Source: Bacteroidales bacterium UBA5762 (lineage in GTDB: Bacteria > Bacteroidota > Bacteroidia > Bacteroidales > TTA-H9). From it: a stretch of 64,000 nt of DNA. The notes under the pieces are model-generated. The model had not been told where the DNA came from, ran no database searches, and saw only the letters and a list, made by a program, of their open reading frames with translations. This document shows, piece by piece, positions 59,277 through 64,000 of the stretch. Both the position numbers and the translations under genes were made by a program. Within the stretch, counting starts at the first letter, position 1; each line of letters starts with the position of its first letter. The stretch spans positions 32,824 through 96,823 of the forward strand of contig DIEY01000002.1 in NCBI GenBank assembly GCA_002418865.1, given 5' to 3'.

Positions 59277-60029
59277 ATGAAAAAATTAGAAAACAAAGTG
59301 GCTATTGTCACTGGTGCCGCTCGAGGCATGGGAAAAGAAGAAGCCAAGTTATTTGCTAAAGAAGGTGCTAAAGTAGTAGTAGCCGACATTATTGAAAACG
59401 AAGCTGAAGAAGTTGCTAAGGAAATCATTCAGAATGGAGGTGAAGCTATGGCATACAAACTCGACGTTTCGAAAGCAAAAAACTGGGAAAAGATGGTGGA
59501 GGCCGTAGTAGAAAAATGGGGCAAGGTAGATGTACTAGTCAACAATGCAGGAATTCTGAGCTTGACTGGCGTTGAGGATACGACCGAAGAAGAATGGGAC
59601 AAGGTAATGGCCGTCAACGCCAAAGGCAATTTTCTTGGAGTAAAATATGTGTTGCCAGCCATGAAAAAAGCTCAAAAAGGCTCTATTATCAACATTTCTT
59701 CTATTTTCGGGCTTATAGGTTCAGGAGCTTCTGCAGCTTATCATGCCTCGAAAGGGGCTGTTCGATTATTTACCAAAACAGTTGCTGCCGAATTAGCCAA
59801 ATACAACATTAGAGTAAATTCGATTCATCCGGGAGTGATTAGGACTGCGATGACCGACGAATTACTCAAAGACCCTGCAAATACCAAGAATCTTCTTGGA
59901 ACCACTGTGTTAGGAAGGCCTGCAGAATCCATAGAAGTAGCTTATGGAGCATTGTTCCTTGCTTCTGATGAATCATCTTACATGACCGGTTCTGAACTGG
60001 TTATCGATGGCGGCTACACCGCTTTATAA
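59277..60029 (+). CDS. Short-chain dehydrogenase/reductase (classical SDR)
   Basis: TGAARGMG cofactor motif, NNAG, and the catalytic S...YHASKGAV. Preceded by a strong AGGAGG Shine-Dalgarno sequence. Confidence 0.9.
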   Translation: MKKLENKVAIVTGAARGMGKEEAKLFAKEGAKVVVADIIENEAEEVAKEIIQNGGEAMAYKLDVSKAKNWEKMVEAVVEKWGKVDVLVNNAGILSLTGVEDTTEEEWDKVMAVNAKGNFLGVKYVLPAMKKAQKGSIINISSIFGLIGSGASAAYHASKGAVRLFTKTVAAELAKYNIRVNSIHPGVIRTAMTDELLKDPANTKNLLGTTVLGRPAESIEVAYGALFLASDESSYMTGSELVIDGGYTAL

Positions 60030-60161
60030 CACGAAAATGAAAAGAGAGAATAGAAACTCATAGTCTCTCTTTACTCCTTTCACAGAGTAGCTTTTGCTAC
60101 AATGTAATATGAGGGTTTTTAGAACTTATATCCTCATTGAATCATGAATGAATAAAATTAG

Positions 60162-60190
60162 AAAAGCCTGGCGAAATGTCAGGCTTTTTT
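60162..60190. terminator. Intrinsic terminator between the convergent SDR and DUF5683 genes
   Basis: Stem aaaagcctg / caggctttt with a 9-nt loop and T6 downstream. Confidence 0.75.
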
Positions 60191-60254
60191 GTTGGCTAAT
60201 AGACTTGGTTTGATAGAAAATCTCAAACGAATTTAAACATAGAGGTAAACCTAT

Positions 60255-60839
60255 TTATCTTCGTTGTGGTATTTTATAAGTTATTGCTAAGGAAGGATAT
60301 AAAAAAGGAGTATGAGTGATAGGAGGAGGAGAAGGAGTGACAAGGCCCATGCTTAAATTTTCAGAAATATCAAATGATGAAAGATGAGCATCGACAGTGG
60401 CATCTACGGCGTTCAGGATATAAACAAAACCAGCAATAATGTAACTGAGTTCCATATTTCGACGGTAATAGTCTCTTTGAGCGCGAAGTTGATCGGCGGT
60501 ATATTTCACAGCATAATCATTAGGAGGTTCTCCAGAAAGATTATTAATTTTAAAATTGTAAGCATCTTTAAACTTGTGATATTCATCACTATTAGTAATA
60601 GCGAAATATCCCGTTGCAGCAAATCCGGCATAAATGATAGGAATTTTCCAATATTTATGATTATAGGCCTGCCCGAGACCTGGTAGAGCTAACGACATGA
60701 TAGTAGCCGTTCGAGGCGAGCGTACTTTATGCCTTTGATTAACAGTATCTTGAGCCGAATTAACCAATGGGAATAGAAATAATAGACAAACGAAAAGAAT
60801 TGCATTTTTGAATCCCGCCATGGAAAGATGTTTTGGCAT
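60255..60839 (-). CDS. DUF5683 domain-containing membrane protein
   Basis: SLALPGLGQAYNHKYWKIPIIYAGFAATGYF is the DUF5683 core, and the gene is in the usual position downstream of parB. I trimmed the start to the Met just after the parB stop; the track ORF extends back into parB. Confidence 0.7.
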   Translation of the reverse strand: MPKHLSMAGFKNAILFVCLLFLFPLVNSAQDTVNQRHKVRSPRTATIMSLALPGLGQAYNHKYWKIPIIYAGFAATGYFAITNSDEYHKFKDAYNFKINNLSGEPPNDYAVKYTADQLRAQRDYYRRNMELSYIIAGFVYILNAVDATVDAHLSSFDISENLSMGLVTPSPPPITHTPFLYPSLAITYKIPQRR

Positions 60840-60840
60840 G

Positions 60841-61749
60841 TCATTCTTGCAAGAGAGCTTGAATTTTTTGAAATTCTTCCTCATTCTTGAATCGGATGAC
60901 GATTTGGCCTTTCCCTTTGGCATTACATGAAATCTGAACCTTGGTACCCAATTTTTGAGCCAGATTGTCTTGGAAAGATAGATAGGAATCGGGCAGTGTA
61001 ATTTTTTCAGTTTTAGATTTTTCTTCTTGATTTTCCTGAGAATTTTGAGCTTTTTTCAAATCACGAACCCATTGTTCTACTTGACGGACAGATAGCTCTT
61101 TTTCGATAATTTCCTTAAGAATAATTAATTGATCTTCTATATCGTCGATATTAATAATGGCTCGTGCATGGCCCATACTAATTTGTCTGTCACGAATGGC
61201 GACCTGAACCTCAGGTGGTAATTTCAAAAGTCGCGTATAATTTACAACCGTAGAACGGTTTTGGCCCACCTTATTGGCCACTTCATTTACCGTAACACCT
61301 ACCTCATCGATAAGGCGTTGATAGCTCATTGCAATTTCTAAAGGATTGAGATCGTTGCGGTGAATATTTTCAACGAGGGCCATTTCGAGCATTTCTTCAT
61401 CATTGGCTATACGTATGAAGGCAGGAATTCTATCGAGACCAGCAATCTTGGCAGCTCTAATCCTACGTTCACCCGTGATGAGTTGATACTTATCATAACC
61501 CATCTTTCTGACAGTGATAGGTTGAATGATGCCTTGCTGACGAATAGATTCTGCCAATTCGTTGAGAGAAGCTTCTTCAAATTCTGAACGGGGTTGAAAG
61601 GGATTAGTTTCAATCTTATCAATTTCAATTTCAGCAATTGCACCTGCCACGAATTCACCCGAAATATCTTTAGATGTAATGTCGGTTTCAGGACTCTGCA
61701 ATATTGCACTCAGCCCTCTACCCAAGGCAGATTTCTTGTTAGTTGTCAT
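60841..61749 (-). CDS. parB: ParB/Spo0J chromosome partitioning protein
   Basis: ALGRGLSAIL, NPFQPR, GIIQPITVRK, YQLITGERRIRAAK and ALVENIHRNDLNPLE, plus an HTH segment. Confidence 0.95.
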   Translation of the reverse strand: MTTNKKSALGRGLSAILQSPETDITSKDISGEFVAGAIAEIEIDKIETNPFQPRSEFEEASLNELAESIRQQGIIQPITVRKMGYDKYQLITGERRIRAAKIAGLDRIPAFIRIANDEEMLEMALVENIHRNDLNPLEIAMSYQRLIDEVGVTVNEVANKVGQNRSTVVNYTRLLKLPPEVQVAIRDRQISMGHARAIINIDDIEDQLIILKEIIEKELSVRQVEQWVRDLKKAQNSQENQEEKSKTEKITLPDSYLSFQDNLAQKLGTKVQISCNAKGKGQIVIRFKNEEEFQKIQALLQE

Positions 61750-62554
61750 GGATATTCAGATTGTTTTGATTTACAATAGAATGTTTGGTAAGATTGTTTT
61801 TTTGCAAAATTTCTCTAGCTAAATTCAAATGGTTAGCTGCTCCTACGCTATCGGCATCGAACATAATAATAGACTGACCAAAACTCGGGGCTTCGCTTAA
61901 TCGTGTATTCCGATTAATAATTGTATCAAAAACCATAGTTTGGAAGTGCATCTTTACTTCTTCTACAACTTGACGAGCAAGCCGTAAACGACTATCATAC
62001 ATAGTAAGCAAAATTCCTTCTATATCGAGCTCGGTATTTAGACGAGATTGCACAATTTTTATTGTGTTGAGAAGTTTGCCCAAGCCTTCGAGGGCAAAAT
62101 ATTCACACTGAACGGGTATAATGACCGAATCGGCAGCCACCAAAGCATTTACGGTAATTAAGCCCAAGGAAGGTGAACAATCTATCAGTATGAAATCGTA
62201 ATTATCTTTTATTGGAGCAAGTACTTTTCTCATCATTTTTTCTCTATTAGGCATATTAATCATTTCTATTTCTGCTCCAACCAAATCAATATGTGCGGGA
62301 ATGATGTCAAGATTAGGGGTTTCGGTTGTAAGTATGATTTTATCGGATTCGGCATTGCCAATGATACATTCATATATACTGGATGTGATATTACGCGGGT
62401 CATAACCAAGGCCAGAGGTAGCATTTGCCTGAGGGTCAGCATCAACTACCAGTGTTTTATATTCTAAAACGGCCAGGCTGGCTCCCAAGTTGATAACAGT
62501 TGTCGTTTTGCCTACACCTCCTTTTTGGTTCGCAATAGCGATAATTTTACCCAT
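61739..62554 (-). CDS. parA: ParA/Soj chromosome partitioning ATPase
   Basis: MGKIIAIANQKGGVGKTTT (deviant Walker A) and DCSPSLG. The gene overlaps the parB start by 11 nt. I trimmed the start to MGKII. Confidence 0.95.
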   Translation of the reverse strand: MGKIIAIANQKGGVGKTTTVINLGASLAVLEYKTLVVDADPQANATSGLGYDPRNITSSIYECIIGNAESDKIILTTETPNLDIIPAHIDLVGAEIEMINMPNREKMMRKVLAPIKDNYDFILIDCSPSLGLITVNALVAADSVIIPVQCEYFALEGLGKLLNTIKIVQSRLNTELDIEGILLTMYDSRLRLARQVVEEVKMHFQTMVFDTIINRNTRLSEAPSFGQSIIMFDADSVGAANHLNLAREILQKNNLTKHSIVNQNNLNIHDN

Positions 62555-62587
62555 AATTTGCAATTAAAAAAATAAGTTTTCCGTTAG

Positions 62588-62595
62588 CAAAATTA
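62588..62595 (-). promoter_or_regulatory. Bacteroidota -7 promoter box upstream of parA
   Basis: TAATTTTG on the minus strand, 34 nt upstream of the parA ATG. Confidence 0.45.
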
Positions 62596-62683
62596 CATAT
62601 TTACACCTCTGCTTTGCATTTAATCAATTAAACCATAGCCCATCTCATAATAACCCATTGAATAATACTTCAGTAACTTTTAT

Positions 62684-63007
62684 TCATGGTTCCTCATTAT
62701 TATTTTGATGATCAGTTCTTGAATGAGACACTTCTATATTGGGATGTTCTTTGAGGAAATTCTTTAAAAAATCTTCTGCTTCATGGAAGGCTTTCGTCAG
62801 GTTCTCAATATCTTCTGGAAATACCCTCACCCTATTTCTTTCGTAAAAGAATTTACCACTACGACTATCAAATCTTCGCTTACTCTCGGTAAGTGTTAAA
62901 TAAATGCTTCTCTCACCCATTTTCACATCCAAATAGTATCTTCTTTCCCCTGCCATTATGGTCCTTGAGAATAATTCTTCGAAACCTTCTCTTTGTTTTT
63001 GTTCCAT
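62684..63007 (-). CDS. PUR-alpha-like nucleic-acid-binding protein (DUF3276 family)
   Basis: ELFSRTIMAGERRYYLDVKMGERSIYLTLTESKRR......FYERNRVRVFPEDIENLTKAF matches the DUF3276 pattern (RTYFFDVK...YL.ITESK). The start was moved to MEQKQ because the hydrophobic 23-aa extension in the track ORF is unlikely. Confidence 0.7.
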   Translation of the reverse strand: MEQKQREGFEELFSRTIMAGERRYYLDVKMGERSIYLTLTESKRRFDSRSGKFFYERNRVRVFPEDIENLTKAFHEAEDFLKNFLKEHPNIEVSHSRTDHQNNNEEP

Positions 63008-63140
63008 CTTTATCTTTTTTAAAAAATTTATAAGAACAAAAATAAACACTAAAATCCCAACAAACAACATTTTCAAACAAAGATTCGAATTATTTTATTC
63101 TGTGACAGCATGATTAGTTGTAACAAAATAGGGAATAGTG

Positions 63141-63148
63141 TACTTTTG
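63141..63148 (+). promoter_or_regulatory. Bacteroidota -7 promoter box upstream of nusB
   Basis: TACTTTTG lies 27 nt upstream of the ATG at 63175. Confidence 0.5.
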
Positions 63149-63174
63149 CAGCTGATTTTTGCTCCTTCTCAAAA

Positions 63175-64000
63175 ATGCTTACACGACGCCATCTTAGAAT
63201 TAAGGTATTGCAGGCGCTTTATGCGTACCTTCAGTCCGATAACCATCAGATTGACATTGCCGAAAAACAATTAGTCAGTAGTATAGAGCATATCTACGAT
63301 CTTGCTATAAATCAAATTTCATTTTTATTGAACTTATGGAAATTTGCCGCTGAGCGTCTAGAAGAAGGTAAATTAAAGTTCAGACCCAGTGAGGAAGATT
63401 TAAACCCTAATACTCGTTTCATCGACAACGCTTTTTTAAAAAAACTCAATAGCAATAATAGCCTGATGAAGCAAATTGAGCGATTAAAAATATCATGGAC
63501 TGATTATGAGGAAGTTACAAGAAGAATCTATAAAAGCCTGCGTTCATCGAATGCTTATCGCGAATATCTAGAAAAATCACCAAACAGTTTTCGTGAAGAT
63601 AAAAATTTTGTGTTGCAAATTTTTAATGATTTTATTGTAAACGACCTTGGTTTGCAAGCTATTTTTGAAGAAAAGAACTTATTTTGGACGAATGACATCC
63701 GAGAAGAAACTATAGTGCTTAAGAAAGAAATATTATCTTCAGAAAATTCGGAGCAACTGGCCGATAGAGAAATACTTTCGAGAATTTTTCGACAGGAAGG
63801 TAAAGAAAACGAAGAGATTGAGGTGACCAGTTTCGAACAAAGTATTTACCAGGCGAATGATTATTCCATAGCGGTTTGGATAGCCAACCGTATGATGAAT
63901 GATGTGAAGGAAAATTGGAATGAATCTTCTCCCCTGCCTCCTTTGTTGAAAACTTCAGATGATTCTGAGGATAATGACATGGAGTTTTTATTGAGTTTAT
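63175..64000 (+). CDS. nusB: Transcription antitermination factor NusB (long Bacteroidota form), 3'-truncated by the window edge
   Basis: Not in the ORF track because no stop codon falls within the window. I translated it by hand: MLTRRHLRIKVLQALYAYLQSDNHQ... It is open to nt 64000. The RRHLRIKVLQALYA start is the NusB N-terminal signature. Confidence 0.8.
   Translation, partial: MLTRRHLRIKVLQALYAYLQSDNHQIDIAEKQLVSSIEHIYDLAINQISFLLNLWKFAAERLEEGKLKFRPSEEDLNPNTRFIDNAFLKKLNSNNSLMKQIERLKISWTDYEEVTRRIYKSLRSSNAYREYLEKSPNSFREDKNFVLQIFNDFIVNDLGLQAIFEEKNLFWTNDIREETIVLKKEILSSENSEQLADREILSRIFRQEGKENEEIEVTSFEQSIYQANDYSIAVWIANRMMNDVKENWNESSPLPPLLKTSDDSEDNDMEFLLSL

Noticed and set aside
62564-63174. Possible oriC near parAB.
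   Set aside because: I found no cluster of DnaA boxes (TTATCCACA-like) in the parA, PUR-like or nusB spacers. The only TATCCAC noticed (about 10391-10397) is part of a terminator stem. dnaA is not in the window.
1-64000. A search by eye for defence or mobile systems: CRISPR-Cas, restriction-modification, toxin-antitoxin, retron or DGR reverse transcriptase, transposase, integrase, and phage genes.
   Set aside because: No ORF shows the corresponding catalytic motifs, and no terminal inverted repeats flank any gene block. I cannot support the presence of any such system in this window.

Overview
This 64 kb window is an AT-rich chromosomal segment that I assign to Bacteroidota. Four things support that: SusC/SusD genes; two giant adhesins with T9SS type-B (gliding-motility) C-terminal domains; bTHX, DUF5683 and DUF3276/PUR-like genes; and TAnnTTTG -7 promoter boxes 20-50 nt upstream of many genes. 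All calls come from reading motifs in the supplied translations and the DNA. No homology search or RNA folding was run.

Gene content, in window order:
- A 5'-truncated repeat adhesin of more than 3074 aa.
- trmH, a bTHX gene missing from the ORF track, a GlmU-like nucleotidyltransferase, L31 type B and a LuxC-like reductase.
- An ECF sigma / anti-sigma / periplasmic triad.
- A GH3-serine hydrolase fusion, a CDF transporter, a rhomboid protease and a beta-barrel OMP.
- tmRNA (ssrA), also not in the ORF track. Two track ORFs overlying it are spurious.
- metK with a possible SAM-riboswitch-like leader, a gldA-like ABC ATPase and an NRK-like kinase.
- rplM-rpsI-rpsB-tsf, then a HlyD/MacB-permease/TolC efflux operon with no ATPase gene, a peroxiredoxin and rplS.
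- A LacI-controlled alpha-glucan-type PUL: a GDE-family enzyme, a SusE-like protein, a SusD carrying an inserted SusE/F-like tandem module, and SusC.
- An orphan lipoprotein with a glycine-zipper hydrophobic hairpin, followed by a 1864-aa SprB-like adhesin.
- serA, then a four-helix-bundle (rRNA-IVS-type) gene wedged before DUF1015, then an SDR.
- DUF5683-parB-parA, a PUR-like protein and the 5' part of nusB.

I saw no CRISPR array, transposase, integrase, prophage, or recognisable defence or toxin-antitoxin module. I cannot point to a clear novel multi-gene system. The most unusual items are the SusD insertion, the glycine-zipper lipoprotein next to the SprB-like gene, the four-helix-bundle insertion and the metK leader.
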